In this document: in pieces, positions 7,595 to 18,314 of the stretch
Layout of the letters: each line of letters begins with the position of its first letter
Numbering within the stretch: position 1 is the stretch's first letter
Assembly: GCA_947302175.1 (NCBI GenBank)
Contig: CAMYVB010000008.1
Span: 5,132-69,131, forward strand
Source: an uncultured Bacteroidales bacterium
GTDB taxonomy: Bacteria > Bacteroidota > Bacteroidia > Bacteroidales > UBA932
Direction of reading: 5' to 3'
DNA: 64,000 nt
Notes under the pieces: generated by a model
The model's input: the letters and a program-made list of their open reading frames with translations, nothing else
Told to the model about the DNA's origin: nothing
Database searches by the model: none
Position numbers and translations under genes: made by a program

Positions 7595-10170
7595 TATTTT
7601 ATACTTAAATCGTAAATATTGGTTTTTTCGAGCCAGGATTTGTACTGGTGGGCGTCGAAGGGGACTTCGCCATAGAGATAGTGGTTCTTGAAACTTTGGT
7701 CCCCAACGCTATACTCGATAAGGTAGATGCCCTGCGCCCCTTGCCTGAAGCGAACGCCTCCGACATCAGTGCGGCCATTCGCCGCCACATCAAACTTCGA
7801 CTTGAAAACGACCTTCCCGCTCTCAACGTCCCTCACCACAACGCTCCCCGAAACGGGATAGCGTGTGTCGTTAACCGCCACGACCCTGTGCGAGCCTTTG
7901 ACGGCATCCGTCATCATGCAGCACACATCGCGCTGGACGTTCTTGATAAAGTAGTAGGCCAGTTTCTCATTGAAATAATAATCCACAACGGCATCCGAAA
8001 TGTTCGGCCAGCCGTCGCGTATGTTCCACCAGATGATACCGGTCTTGGGCGCAAACTTCTGGCTGCGCCACATCTCCACGAAATACTTCATGGCCTCGGC
8101 CTGTACTATCTGCGAACCGAAAACGAACTCCTCAAGATCGGTCGGGCAATCCCCGAAAAGAAGACGCTGCTGATTAATCATCAGGTTGTTGCGGTCGTAT
8201 GTCTTGCCAAGCTCGGGGAAGCGGCGGACGCTCTTCGTCAGCCACTCCTCGTTCCAGTTCTTGTCGGGATCCATGGGGTTGGTGACCGCCGCGCGGGTGC
8301 GGGCAAGGGTGGTGCCCTCATTGACTATTGCGCCGGGAATGGTGGGACCGTCGACCCCCCTGCTCTTCAGCTCCTCGGCAGTGAGCCAGGGATAGACGCA
8401 GTCGGGAGTCATCATCCTTTCGAGGCTCGAAATATCAGGCGCGCCGTGATAGCCGATCTCGCTCACGAAAACGCAGCCCGCCTCAGTGTAGAAAGGAGTC
8501 TTGTAGTAGCCGCGGGGGCCCCAAAGGTGGTTCTCCGGAAGATGCTCATAATCAATGAATCCGCGCTTCCACACCTCCTCGGTGTAATAAGGCGAACTGG
8601 GGATGTAGGGGCGTGCGGGATCGAACTCCCAAAGCACCTGCGAAAGGATGTTGCGGGAGACGTTGTCGCGGTTGGGATCGGGGTCGAAAGGACCCAGGGC
8701 GCGCCGCAGTGAATAGTCCACCTCGTTGTTGCCCGACCAAAGGGCGATCGAAGGGTGGCGTCTCAGCTTGATGACGACAGCGCGGGCCTCATCCCAAATT
8801 CTCTGTCCGAACTCGTGGTTCTGGGGGTATGCGTTGCACGCGAAGGTGAAATCCTCCCACACCATGATGCCGAGCGAGTCGCAAAGCTCGAAGAAGCGGT
8901 GGTCCTCATAGACATTGCCGCCCCAGCAGCGTATCATATTGCAGTTCATGTCGGCGCACATTTCCACGGTCTTGTCCACCCACAGGCGGTCGCGGCTGTG
9001 GAGCGCGTCGAGCGGCACCCAGTTGGTGCCGTGGATGAATATTGGCTCATCGTTCACGACAAAGCAGAAACGTCCGGGATTGTCGGGGAGGTTGATTTCG
9101 TTGAAGTCGAGAGCGACTTTGCGTATGCCTATTTTCTGCTCGTCTACGGCGAGGACGGTGCCGTCCTCGGCGACGAGTTCAGTCTTGGCGTCATAGAGGG
9201 CAGGATCGCCGTAGCCGCGGGGCCACCAGTAATCCACGTCCTCGAGGTGTATCCTCTGGCGCATATTGTGATAGACGCAGGGCTGCGTGGCCTTGAATAC
9301 TTCCTTGCCGTTCCTGCTGAGCGTCCAGACCACATTCGTGCGGTCGAACCTGTCGACGGGCATTTCGAACTGCGTGTCGGCATAGACTTCCGCCGTCCCG
9401 GCCTGAGTGTCTACCTCGGCGGTCATCCAATAGACATCGCGGAAGTGAATGGGGGCTATGGTCTTGAGAGTGACGCTGCGCCACAGTCCTGCGCTCACGA
9501 CGCGGGGCAGGATGTCCCAGCCGAACATGTGGGGCGCCTTGCGTATGTTGACGCTTTCGGGCGATGCTGAGTGGGCGACGCTGATTGCGCCAAAGAACGC
9601 TTCGCGGCCGTAAAGCACTGAGGACTGGATGATTACGTACAGCGTGTTTTCGCCCTCGGCTAAGATGTCGGTCACGTCGAATTCGTGCTCTATGAGCATG
9701 TTTTCAGTCCTTCCCACGAAATTGTCGCCCAGCCATATGTCGGCGATGGTGTCGATGCCGTCGAATCGCAGGTAGTATTTGCAGCCTTCGCTCAGCGCGG
9801 GGACGCTGAAGGTCTTGGAGTAGCACCACTGGTAGTCTTCCCACTTGCGTGTGAGGTAGTTGTTGTTGCCTATTCGAGGGTCGGCCTCGAGGCCGGCGGC
9901 CATGAGGTCTATGTCCACGTTGCCGGGCACGGTGGCGGGAATGGTGCGGCCCTCGACGCTTTTGATGCCTTCGGGGAAGGTCACGGGCACGTCGCCCTGG
10001 CGCCAGAAGGTGAGGGTCCAGTCGCTGCCGTCAAGGCTCTGTGCGGCGCTCGCGGCCACGGGCCCCGTTATCTTCCGGCAACCCTGTTGCTCCTCATGGC
10101 CGCCTGCCGCTGCGCTCATTACTGCGACGCTCAGCGCCAATACAATGGTTATCAGTCTTTTAGTGCTCAT
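7594..10170 (-). CDS. Beta-mannosidase-like glycoside hydrolase (GH2)
   Basis: Signal peptide; RKAPHMFGWD, WWPRGYG, HGTNWVP, RCWGG, WSGNNE (acid/base) and SEIG (nucleophile). Confidence 0.88.
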   Translation of the reverse strand: MSTKRLITIVLALSVAVMSAAAGGHEEQQGCRKITGPVAASAAQSLDGSDWTLTFWRQGDVPVTFPEGIKSVEGRTIPATVPGNVDIDLMAAGLEADPRIGNNNYLTRKWEDYQWCYSKTFSVPALSEGCKYYLRFDGIDTIADIWLGDNFVGRTENMLIEHEFDVTDILAEGENTLYVIIQSSVLYGREAFFGAISVAHSASPESVNIRKAPHMFGWDILPRVVSAGLWRSVTLKTIAPIHFRDVYWMTAEVDTQAGTAEVYADTQFEMPVDRFDRTNVVWTLSRNGKEVFKATQPCVYHNMRQRIHLEDVDYWWPRGYGDPALYDAKTELVAEDGTVLAVDEQKIGIRKVALDFNEINLPDNPGRFCFVVNDEPIFIHGTNWVPLDALHSRDRLWVDKTVEMCADMNCNMIRCWGGNVYEDHRFFELCDSLGIMVWEDFTFACNAYPQNHEFGQRIWDEARAVVIKLRRHPSIALWSGNNEVDYSLRRALGPFDPDPNRDNVSRNILSQVLWEFDPARPYIPSSPYYTEEVWKRGFIDYEHLPENHLWGPRGYYKTPFYTEAGCVFVSEIGYHGAPDISSLERMMTPDCVYPWLTAEELKSRGVDGPTIPGAIVNEGTTLARTRAAVTNPMDPDKNWNEEWLTKSVRRFPELGKTYDRNNLMINQQRLLFGDCPTDLEEFVFGSQIVQAEAMKYFVEMWRSQKFAPKTGIIWWNIRDGWPNISDAVVDYYFNEKLAYYFIKNVQRDVCCMMTDAVKGSHRVVAVNDTRYPVSGSVVVRDVESGKVVFKSKFDVAANGRTDVGGVRFRQGAQGIYLIEYSVGDQSFKNHYLYGEVPFDAHQYKSWLEKTNIYDLSIK

Positions 10171-10177
10171 ATTATAA

Positions 10178-12679
10178 TCAATATAAAACTTCTTCGGAGG
10201 AGAGGGCGGGGACGGGACGGGCGGGGGATGAGAATACGGGGGCGGCGCCGGTGGGGAGGAAGCGGTCGCCTGAAAGGACCGCAGCCTCGCCGCTAAGCGC
10301 TATTTCAATCTCCGTCTTCGCGGCGGCCGCGACTGAAGGCAGGGTAAAGGTCAGCACACCGTCGGCGAACTGCCAGCCCTCAAGCTTCTTGCCCCCGACA
10401 CTCACGGTCGCGGGAACGTTCTTAAGCGCAAACTCAAAACTGTAGCAGCGCTCCTCAGGCATGCCCTCGTACGCCCCTTCTGCGGGGTTGATAGTAAAGC
10501 TGACCTTACCCGAGCCTTCGCTGCACTGCAGGAGCGTCGAGGCGATGGCGCCGGTCTCGTAGGCGTAGGTGTCACCGTCGTCCTCGCGAAGGACGAAGCT
10601 GCTCTCGCCTTTAGGGAATACCTTGATAATCAGCTTGTCGAAAGGCTTGGCGCCGAGGTACTGCACATCGGGCTGAGTGGGGATGATGGCGCCGTCCTTG
10701 ACCAGCAGCAGGCCTGCGCGATGGGCGGGGAATGAGCGCGTCATCGTCTCGCCGCGGCTCACTATCCTTTCGCCCGTCCAGGCGTCAATCCATTCGCCCT
10801 CGGGTAGGTAAATTTCATTGCTGAAAATGCCCACGCAAAGGCTGGGGCCGAACATGTACTGGTAGCACATGTCGTCCACATTGCGGTCGTCGGGGAAGGC
10901 GAGGGGCATAGAGCGCACTATCGGCATGCCGCATATATGCGCCTCGAGCGCGCCGGTGTAGACATAGGGCGCGAGGGTGTAGCGCAGCTTCAGGTAGTCG
11001 CGGTAGATGCTCTGCTCGGGCTCGCCGTAGTAGAAGGGCTGCATCATCGAGAACCAGCTGTTGATCTGTATCCAGGGGAGGAACATGCCGAAATGCAGAC
11101 CCTGCATCTCCAGCTCGGCGGGGACGCTCATAACGTCGCAAGAGAGGTTGAAATACGAACTGTTGCCAAGGTTGAGCTGGTCGAAAAGTGCGGTCTTGCC
11201 GCCGCCGTTGTCGCCGCTCGTCGAGGCGCCCCAGCGCTGCGTGCCCGCCCAGCCGGCGGTATAGTGCCACCAGAGGCGCTTGCCGGTGTGGTTGCGGCTC
11301 ATCTGCTTCATCTGCTTCTGGAGCAGCACCTGGTTGAGGTTGTGCATCTCCTTGTCTTCGTGGCCGTTGTAATAGACTTTGCCGGCGTGCTCGTCAATGG
11401 TGCGGGCGGGGTCGAGCTTGAAGCCTTCCGCTCCGTAGTCTATGAAGGTCTTGAGGTGGTCCATCCAGTGCTCCTGTCCGGACTGGGGACGGCCTTCGCG
11501 CGCGGCTATCTCATCCTCTTCGGTGATGCTCAGGTCGTACTCCTCGCAGAGCCAGAGGCCGAGATGGAAGCCCATATGGCGCAATTTGCCTATGAAGAGG
11601 CGGTTGTAGAGTTTCTTGGGATATTTGTCCTGCACCCAGTAGGGTTCGGGAGAGAATTTGTCGAAGTTCCATTTTTTCTGCGTGGAGAAGTCGTAGCGCT
11701 TCTCCATCCACTGGGGCTCCAGCCAGAACACGTCGCAGGGGGCGCCCATGCTGCGGAAATGCACGGCGTCCCGGAGTATGTCCCATTGGTCCTCGCGCAT
11801 GTTGGGGCCGAAGCATATGCCGTAGGCCCACTTGGGCATGACGTGGTTGCGGCCGGTCACCTGGGTGTAGAGGTCAAGCACCCCGGGCATGGAGCTTGCG
11901 GCGAAAAGATAGAAGTCAGCAGTGTCAAAGGTGTTGAAAATGTTGAACTTATCCTTTTCGGTGCAGCCTATGTCGAAGAAGTTTTTGCGGGTGGTGTTGT
12001 TGAAGACGCCCCAGCCGCGCGAGCTCATGACGAAAGGCATGGGGATCTCGGTATGCTGGTAGGTGGTCCACATGCGGAGGATCTCGCCGCGGTGCTGAAT
12101 GTGCTCGCGGCTGGTCGAGCCGCCGCCGTAGAAGCGCTCGTCGGCGCCGAGGGTGAAGCGCAGTATGCCGGCGTCAGAGGGCTCGCCGCTCTCGGCGTTG
12201 TCCTTGGCCTTCTTCTCGTTTTTGTCGTCGCCTATGATGCCGTCGTTCTTGGCGACGTGCATGCCGGCGTACTTTTCGTTGATCACCTTCGCAAGGGCTA
12301 CGCTCGTGCGGTTGCTGCCCCTGAGGTATTCCAGGCCCTCCATCATGGGCTTTCCGTCGGGACCGTAGAGCACGATCAGGCCACTTTTTTTATTAATGGT
12401 AAGCTTGTGCGTGGCGGTGCTCAGGGTCCAGACGCCGCCCTTGTCGGATACTTTCTCGCCGGCGGGGGCCCAGTCGGTATTGAGGAGCCCGTAGCGCTCC
12501 ATCAGCGACTCGGGAAATGCGCCGTCGGGGGCGATGCGCACGCGGTAGATACCGTCGGCGCAGGCTTCTACGCCCACGGTCTGTCCGCCCTTGATTTTAA
12601 CTTTGTGGACTGTGTTGGCGCTGATGTTCAGGCCTGTTAGAAGCAGCCCCAATGCTGCAACGAAGATCAGTCGTTTCAT
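10178..12679 (-). CDS. GH31-family glycoside hydrolase
   Basis: Signal peptide MKRLIFVAALG; PKWAYG, GFKLD (nucleophile), SGD, LRYTLAPYVYT, QYMFG and EDDG motifs. Confidence 0.85.
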   Translation of the reverse strand: MKRLIFVAALGLLLTGLNISANTVHKVKIKGGQTVGVEACADGIYRVRIAPDGAFPESLMERYGLLNTDWAPAGEKVSDKGGVWTLSTATHKLTINKKSGLIVLYGPDGKPMMEGLEYLRGSNRTSVALAKVINEKYAGMHVAKNDGIIGDDKNEKKAKDNAESGEPSDAGILRFTLGADERFYGGGSTSREHIQHRGEILRMWTTYQHTEIPMPFVMSSRGWGVFNNTTRKNFFDIGCTEKDKFNIFNTFDTADFYLFAASSMPGVLDLYTQVTGRNHVMPKWAYGICFGPNMREDQWDILRDAVHFRSMGAPCDVFWLEPQWMEKRYDFSTQKKWNFDKFSPEPYWVQDKYPKKLYNRLFIGKLRHMGFHLGLWLCEEYDLSITEEDEIAAREGRPQSGQEHWMDHLKTFIDYGAEGFKLDPARTIDEHAGKVYYNGHEDKEMHNLNQVLLQKQMKQMSRNHTGKRLWWHYTAGWAGTQRWGASTSGDNGGGKTALFDQLNLGNSSYFNLSCDVMSVPAELEMQGLHFGMFLPWIQINSWFSMMQPFYYGEPEQSIYRDYLKLRYTLAPYVYTGALEAHICGMPIVRSMPLAFPDDRNVDDMCYQYMFGPSLCVGIFSNEIYLPEGEWIDAWTGERIVSRGETMTRSFPAHRAGLLLVKDGAIIPTQPDVQYLGAKPFDKLIIKVFPKGESSFVLREDDGDTYAYETGAIASTLLQCSEGSGKVSFTINPAEGAYEGMPEERCYSFEFALKNVPATVSVGGKKLEGWQFADGVLTFTLPSVAAAAKTEIEIALSGEAAVLSGDRFLPTGAAPVFSSPARPVPALSSEEVLY

Positions 12680-12805
12680 TATGCTTTGTTTTTGATTTCG
12701 CTTTGTGCAGGCAGCGACCTGCTTTTTCCACAAATATAGGCAAAAAACGCCCATATTCATAATTGCCTACGGACGGGCCTGAATTAATAAAAAATGTAGC
12801 AAAAG

Positions 12806-12837
12806 TTTGCTTTTTAAATAAAAGATGGTTAGATTTG
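12806..12837 (+). promoter_or_regulatory. Sigma-A promoter of susC/susD pair 1
   Basis: TTTG (12806-12809), 20-nt spacer, TAGATTTG (12830-12837); a divergent TATATTTG for the GH operon lies at 12731-12738 on the minus strand. Confidence 0.7.
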
Positions 12838-12928
12838 TGTTAATTGTTGTATAAAAAACGACCATACGACGTACCAAGACACTAAACCAAATTGCAACCC
12901 ATTATTTACTAATTTATTAACTAACTTT

Positions 12929-15900
12929 ATGGTAAAACGGTTCATTATCATGACCCTCGCATTCCTGACAATCGGAATGCAGGTGTTCGCCCAGAACGTC
13001 GTTACCGGTAAGGTAACCGACTCCAAGGGCGAAGCTCTCATCGGTGCAAGCGTGCTCGTTAAAGGCACCAACACCGGTGTAGTGACCGACCTCGACGGTA
13101 ATTTCAGGCTCCCTTCAGTGCCCAAGGATGCCGTCCTGTCGTTCTCATCAATCGGTTATGCCACCCAGGAAGTGGCTGTCGCAGGCAAGAGCGTTATCAA
13201 CGTTGTCCTCGCTGACGACACCATGTTCCTCGACGACGTGGTAGTTATCGGTTACGGTACCGCCCGTAAGAAAGACGTTTCCGGCGCCATCGCCAGCGTC
13301 AACTACGGCAGCGATGCCAATGTGGCTTCCCTCCCTAACCCTAACGCCCTCTCCGCCCTCTCCAGCAAGGTCGCAGGTTTGAGCTATGCTCCTACCACCA
13401 GCGCAGCAGGTGACAACACCAACACCATGACCATCCGCGGTAAGAACGCTATCCCTAGGGGTGGTGCGATGTCTGACAACGCACAGAGCGTCAACAAGCC
13501 CCTGTTCGTCATCGATGGTGTTCTCTCCTATGGCTCCATCAACTCCATCAACACCGCTGATATCGAGAGCATCGATGTCCTGAAGGACGCTTCCGCCGCC
13601 GCTATCTACGGTTCCCGTGCTGCTAACGGTGTTATCATCATCACCACCAAGAAGGGCACAGGCGCCGCTCCCAAGGTCAACTTCAACGGCAGCGTCAGCA
13701 TTTCCGACTGGAACCGCATGCCCCAGATGGTCAGCGATAAGGAGACCTTCCTGAAGAACCGCTTCTACAGCAAGAAGGGCGCCGGCAACGTTGACTATGT
13801 CAACAAAGAGTGGTCCAACTTCGCAAATCTGAACGAAGCCGCCAACTATTCCGGCATGCTCAGCTTCCGTGAGCTCGAGGCCTGGAACGACGGTCAGTGG
13901 GTCAACTGGGTCGACGAGATCTCCCGCAAGGGCGTCGGTCAGAAGTACGACCTCTCCGTCAGCGGCAGCACCGAGCGCGTAAGCTACTACGTCTCCGGCG
14001 ACTACACCCGCCAGCAGGGCATCCGCAAGGGTGACGACTACGGCAAGATGGGCGCCATGGCCAAGATCGACTTCAAGGTCACCGACTGGCTCACCCTCGG
14101 CGTCAAGGCCAACTTCCTTTCTTCCCACAGCTGGGGCCAGAGCGCAAACCTGCGTTATGCCATGTGGTACACTCCTCTCTCCTATGTCTATGCACGTCAG
14201 GAGGGCTATACCCACTGGTACAACAGCTTGCCTGACGGTGCCACCGCCAGCCCTTATGTTGGTAATGCCAAGGACGACTCCTACCTCTACACCGACCGCG
14301 ACAGCAAGAGCATCAACCTCAACGGTGTCGCTTACGCCCAGGTCGATGTCCCCTTCATCCCCGGTCTGAGCTACAGGGTTTCCTTCCAGGGCCAGCGCAA
14401 CTCCGGCTACGGCGATGTCTACAACAACCCTGAGATGTATGTCAATACTGAGAATGTTGCCGATATGCAGGATCCCAGTAAGTTCATCGGCAGCGTTACC
14501 GGTAGCATCTCTTCCTCCAACTACTTCGCCTGGAACATTGACCAGATTCTCACCTACGCCCACGATTTCGGTCGCCACCACGTCGATGCAACCCTCGGTT
14601 ATACCCGTGAAGCTACCGACAGCAACACCATGGGTCTCTCCTTCACCGGCTTCCCCACTCCTACCAAGCTCGGCGTTTACAACATCGAGGCAGTTGCCGC
14701 AGAAGGTCTCTCCGGTCAGTACCGTGACCGCCTCCGGACTCAGGCAGTCGGTTATCTCGCCCGCCTGAACTACAACTTCGCCAACAAGTACTATCTCACC
14801 GGTAACTTCCGTCGTGACGGTTTCTCCGCCTTCGCCGTTGGTCACAAGTGGGGTAACTTCTACGGCGCCAGCGCCGCTTGGGTGCTCAGCAACGAAGACT
14901 TCATCAAGGATCTCAACGCATTCGATTTCTTGAAGCTGCGTCTCTCATGGGGTCAGAACGGTTCCCGTAACATTTCCGCAGGTGCAACCCAGGCTACCAT
15001 GGAAAAGGTCGTCGTTAACAACGGTGGCATCACCATGACATGGCTTGGCGATATGAGCACGCTCGGTATGACCCTGACGAACCTTCCTAACCGTGGTCTC
15101 ACATGGGCTACCGTCGAGAAACTCAACCTCGGTATCGACTTCTCCGTGCTTAACAGCCGCATCAACGGTAGCATCGACCTCTACACCGGCAAGACCACCG
15201 ACATGCTCGTGGCCCGTTCCGCTCCCTACATTTCCGGTTTCAACGATGTTGAAGACAACGTCGGTCTCGTGACCAACAAGGGTATCGAAGTTACCCTCAA
15301 CACTGTCAACATCAACGGCAACGGCCGCGACACCTTCCGCTGGGAGAGCAATTTCGTATTCGACTCCAACGCCAATAAGCTCGTTTCCCTCTTCGGTCCC
15401 GACTATGAGGGCAATGAAGCCGACGATATCGCTAATGCTACATCCTATGGTCGTGAGTCCTATTATTCCCTCATGGTAGGTCGCCCTCTCGGTGCTGCCT
15501 ATGATGTCAAGATGCTCGGCATCTTCCAGAGCCAGGCCGAAATCGACGCCTATGTCGATAAGGATGGCAAGAAGATCCAGCCTGATGCAAAGCCCGGTGA
15601 TATCAAGTTCGAGGACTTCAACGAGGACGGCCAGATTACCGCTGCCGACCGCCAGTACATTGGCTGCTCTGATCCTCTCTTCACCCTGAACTTCGCCAAC
15701 ACCCTCAGCTGGCAGAACTTCAGCCTGTACTTCAACTTCCGTTGGGGCCAGGGCGATGCCACCCACTTCATCTGGCTCGACCCCTATGCATTCGGCACCA
15801 ATATGGGTGGCGGCGCACAGCTCGCCCGTGTGAAGCCTTGGACTGAGACCAATCCTTCCACCACCTTCCCTCGCTACGGATACACGAACACCCTTGATTA

Positions 15901-16183
15901 TCAGTATTGGAACAGCCGTTCCTACCTGAAACTCAAAGACCTCGTATTCTCTTATACCGTTCCTGCAAAGGTCCTTACCCGTGCCGGTATCAGCAACCTC
16001 CGCATCTATGCTGCAGCTACCGACCTCCTGACCATCACCAACTGGTCCGGTATCGATCCTGAAACCGGCGGCACCATCGCCGCAGGCGCTTCTTCCAGCC
16101 GTTATGGCAGCAACGGAGCCTACAAGACTGTCACCTTCGGTGTCAATCTGACTTTCTCCGATCCCAAAAGGCTTGGTAAATAA
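12929..16183 (+). CDS. susC: SusC/RagA-family TonB-dependent transporter
   Basis: N-terminal extension domain, DVVVIGYG, DIESIDVLKDASAAAIYGSRAANGVIIITTK plug signature, GIDPE near the C-terminus. Confidence 0.95.
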   Translation: MVKRFIIMTLAFLTIGMQVFAQNVVTGKVTDSKGEALIGASVLVKGTNTGVVTDLDGNFRLPSVPKDAVLSFSSIGYATQEVAVAGKSVINVVLADDTMFLDDVVVIGYGTARKKDVSGAIASVNYGSDANVASLPNPNALSALSSKVAGLSYAPTTSAAGDNTNTMTIRGKNAIPRGGAMSDNAQSVNKPLFVIDGVLSYGSINSINTADIESIDVLKDASAAAIYGSRAANGVIIITTKKGTGAAPKVNFNGSVSISDWNRMPQMVSDKETFLKNRFYSKKGAGNVDYVNKEWSNFANLNEAANYSGMLSFRELEAWNDGQWVNWVDEISRKGVGQKYDLSVSGSTERVSYYVSGDYTRQQGIRKGDDYGKMGAMAKIDFKVTDWLTLGVKANFLSSHSWGQSANLRYAMWYTPLSYVYARQEGYTHWYNSLPDGATASPYVGNAKDDSYLYTDRDSKSINLNGVAYAQVDVPFIPGLSYRVSFQGQRNSGYGDVYNNPEMYVNTENVADMQDPSKFIGSVTGSISSSNYFAWNIDQILTYAHDFGRHHVDATLGYTREATDSNTMGLSFTGFPTPTKLGVYNIEAVAAEGLSGQYRDRLRTQAVGYLARLNYNFANKYYLTGNFRRDGFSAFAVGHKWGNFYGASAAWVLSNEDFIKDLNAFDFLKLRLSWGQNGSRNISAGATQATMEKVVVNNGGITMTWLGDMSTLGMTLTNLPNRGLTWATVEKLNLGIDFSVLNSRINGSIDLYTGKTTDMLVARSAPYISGFNDVEDNVGLVTNKGIEVTLNTVNINGNGRDTFRWESNFVFDSNANKLVSLFGPDYEGNEADDIANATSYGRESYYSLMVGRPLGAAYDVKMLGIFQSQAEIDAYVDKDGKKIQPDAKPGDIKFEDFNEDGQITAADRQYIGCSDPLFTLNFANTLSWQNFSLYFNFRWGQGDATHFIWLDPYAFGTNMGGGAQLARVKPWTETNPSTTFPRYGYTNTLDYQYWNSRSYLKLKDLVFSYTVPAKVLTRAGISNLRIYAAATDLLTITNWSGIDPETGGTIAAGASSSRYGSNGAYKTVTFGVNLTFSDPKRLGK

Positions 16184-16201
16184 TCTTAAAATGCGATTAC
16201 C

Positions 16202-18232
16202 ATGAAAAAATACATATTCATTCTTCTCGCGCTTCTTCTCGCAGTTTCCTGCAACGACAATAAGTTCCTTGAGGAAACTACCTACGAAGACGATACCGAA
16301 GGCTTCTTCAAGACCCAGAAGTCCATCGAGATCGCTCTTGCTTCCGCTTATGCCGAGGTTCAGTACATGGTGTTCGGCAACCAGCGCGGCGGCTCAGAGC
16401 ATAACTGGATGCTTAACGGCCTCGGTCTCGACACTTTCGCTATGACCAATAGCAACCAGCACTTCTCCAACTGGTCCACCCTCACCCCTGAAAGCGGCTA
16501 TGCCCGTCACTATGGTGAATATATGTACAAGCTCACCAACCGTGCCAACATCGTTGTTGACATGATTGACGAGCATGACGAAATCGAATACGTCAGCGAG
16601 GATGTCAAGAAGAACCTCCGTGCTGAAGCTGTATTCCTTCGTTCTTGGGCGTTCCGCGTAATCGCCGGCATGTTTGGCCAGGGCGTTTATCAGGACCACA
16701 TGACCCAGGAAGCCCGTTACGATTATGAGATGATGTCCCGCGAGGAAATCTGGGAAAAGCTTGCTGCAGACTTTGAGTACTGCGAGGCCAACCTTCCCGC
16801 TACTCCCCGTCTCATGGGCACCGTGACTAAGGCTGCTGCTGCACATATGCTTTCTGAGATTTATCTCTGTCTTGGCGAATTCAATAAGGCTGAGCAAGCT
16901 GCTACACGTGTTATCAACGGCACCGACGGCGACTATCAGCTTATGATGACCCGCTTTGGTAACCGTGCTGATCAGGCTGTCGACCGTTATGGCAATTCCC
17001 TCGCAGCTCCTCAGGGTGCATATTGGGACCTCTTCCGCTCTTCCATGAAGACCGACGGAAGCCAGGCATCCGATTCTAACCCTAACGATCCTGCCAATAA
17101 GGAAGCCATTTGGGTCGCTCAGCTCGACTACACCACCTCTGCCGACGACTGGCCGCTTGGTGGTTCCGGTGACTCATGGTTCCGTACCCATTTCCCCGTG
17201 CTTGAGGCAGTATGGTCGCCTTATATCCCTCAGGGTGGTAAGAACGGCACCAGGAAGGGCACTGACGGTAAGACTTATTATGTCTTCACCGCTGACGCCA
17301 CTTGCTTCCCTGCCGGAGTAGATGTTCCCGGAGCCGGTGCTCCTGCCGCAGGTGTAGAGGAAGCTGTAGGTCGCAAGACCGCATGGCCTCTTGCCACCAA
17401 CATTGATTCCATCGCCGTGAAGGGCGTCGCAACCAATAATAACGGTATTCAGCTTGGTCTCTATGCCTCCGAATGGATGGTTCGTCCTGCTGGTGACATC
17501 CTCGGTTCATACTGGAACGACCCCAACGACTTCCGCGGAAGCGAAGTCATGATTCAGCGCGACTACTTCACACCTTCAGGCAAGAGGTGGTCCGAGGTCA
17601 AGAAAGAGGTCCAGAGGCGTGTTGATGAGGGCATTTATGAAGTAACTGCCGCAGATACCGTCAACATTACCCCTCGTTACTGGAAGTTCTCCGACGACAA
17701 GCACATCATCAATGCTGCCAACGGCAGGTGCTTCTACGACACTGACTGGTACATGATCCGTATCGCAGAGACTTATCTTCTCCGTGCAGAAGCCCGTCTT
17801 GCCCAGAATAACAAGGCTGGTGCTGCTGACGACATCAATGTCCTTCGTCGCCGCGCAGGCGCCAAGGATTGCAGCGCAAGCGAAGTCAATATCGACTACA
17901 TTCTCGATGAGCGTGCCCGCGAGCTCTTCGGCGAAGAGCACCGCTGGATCACCCTCAGCCGTCTGAGCTGCAACCCCAAGGCCACCTATGTGACCGAGTG
18001 CTATCCTGTCCAGGATGTCACCAATTCCAACACTCTCTATGCCCGTACCCGCAAGTATGGCTACGGATATGAGAACGATGCCACAGAAGGCCGTCGTGAG
18101 ACCTACACCGACGCTCTCGGTAACACCCGCCATATCCCCAACATCAAGCCTTACAACTACGTACTTCCTATCCCCGCCCAGATCATTCAGTCCAATAAGG
18201 ATAGGAAGATCGAGCAGAACCCCGGATACTAG
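16202..18232 (+). CDS. susD: SusD/RagB-family lipoprotein
   Basis: AVSC lipobox; RIAETYLLRAEA, ILDERARELFGEEHRW, PIP...QNPGY motifs. Confidence 0.93.
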   Translation: MKKYIFILLALLLAVSCNDNKFLEETTYEDDTEGFFKTQKSIEIALASAYAEVQYMVFGNQRGGSEHNWMLNGLGLDTFAMTNSNQHFSNWSTLTPESGYARHYGEYMYKLTNRANIVVDMIDEHDEIEYVSEDVKKNLRAEAVFLRSWAFRVIAGMFGQGVYQDHMTQEARYDYEMMSREEIWEKLAADFEYCEANLPATPRLMGTVTKAAAAHMLSEIYLCLGEFNKAEQAATRVINGTDGDYQLMMTRFGNRADQAVDRYGNSLAAPQGAYWDLFRSSMKTDGSQASDSNPNDPANKEAIWVAQLDYTTSADDWPLGGSGDSWFRTHFPVLEAVWSPYIPQGGKNGTRKGTDGKTYYVFTADATCFPAGVDVPGAGAPAAGVEEAVGRKTAWPLATNIDSIAVKGVATNNNGIQLGLYASEWMVRPAGDILGSYWNDPNDFRGSEVMIQRDYFTPSGKRWSEVKKEVQRRVDEGIYEVTAADTVNITPRYWKFSDDKHIINAANGRCFYDTDWYMIRIAETYLLRAEARLAQNNKAGAADDINVLRRRAGAKDCSASEVNIDYILDERARELFGEEHRWITLSRLSCNPKATYVTECYPVQDVTNSNTLYARTRKYGYGYENDATEGRRETYTDALGNTRHIPNIKPYNYVLPIPAQIIQSNKDRKIEQNPGY

Positions 18233-18255
18233 TCTGGTATAGCTTATAATAAAAT

Positions 18256-18286
18256 ACCGGTTCCCTTCGAGGAACCGGTTTTTTTT
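18256..18286 (+). terminator. Rho-independent terminator after susD 1
   Basis: ACCGGTTCC-cttcga-GGAACCGGT followed by a T run. Confidence 0.9.
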
Positions 18287-18314
18287 GTAACTTTGGGAAG
18301 ATAACTACGCTGTT

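Noticed and set aside
10178-10300. Pro/Ala/Ser-rich C-terminal tail of GH31 over a G-rich (+ strand) tract
   Set aside because: Could be stop-codon drift into an intergenic spacer; no repeat or clear structure supports a separate element
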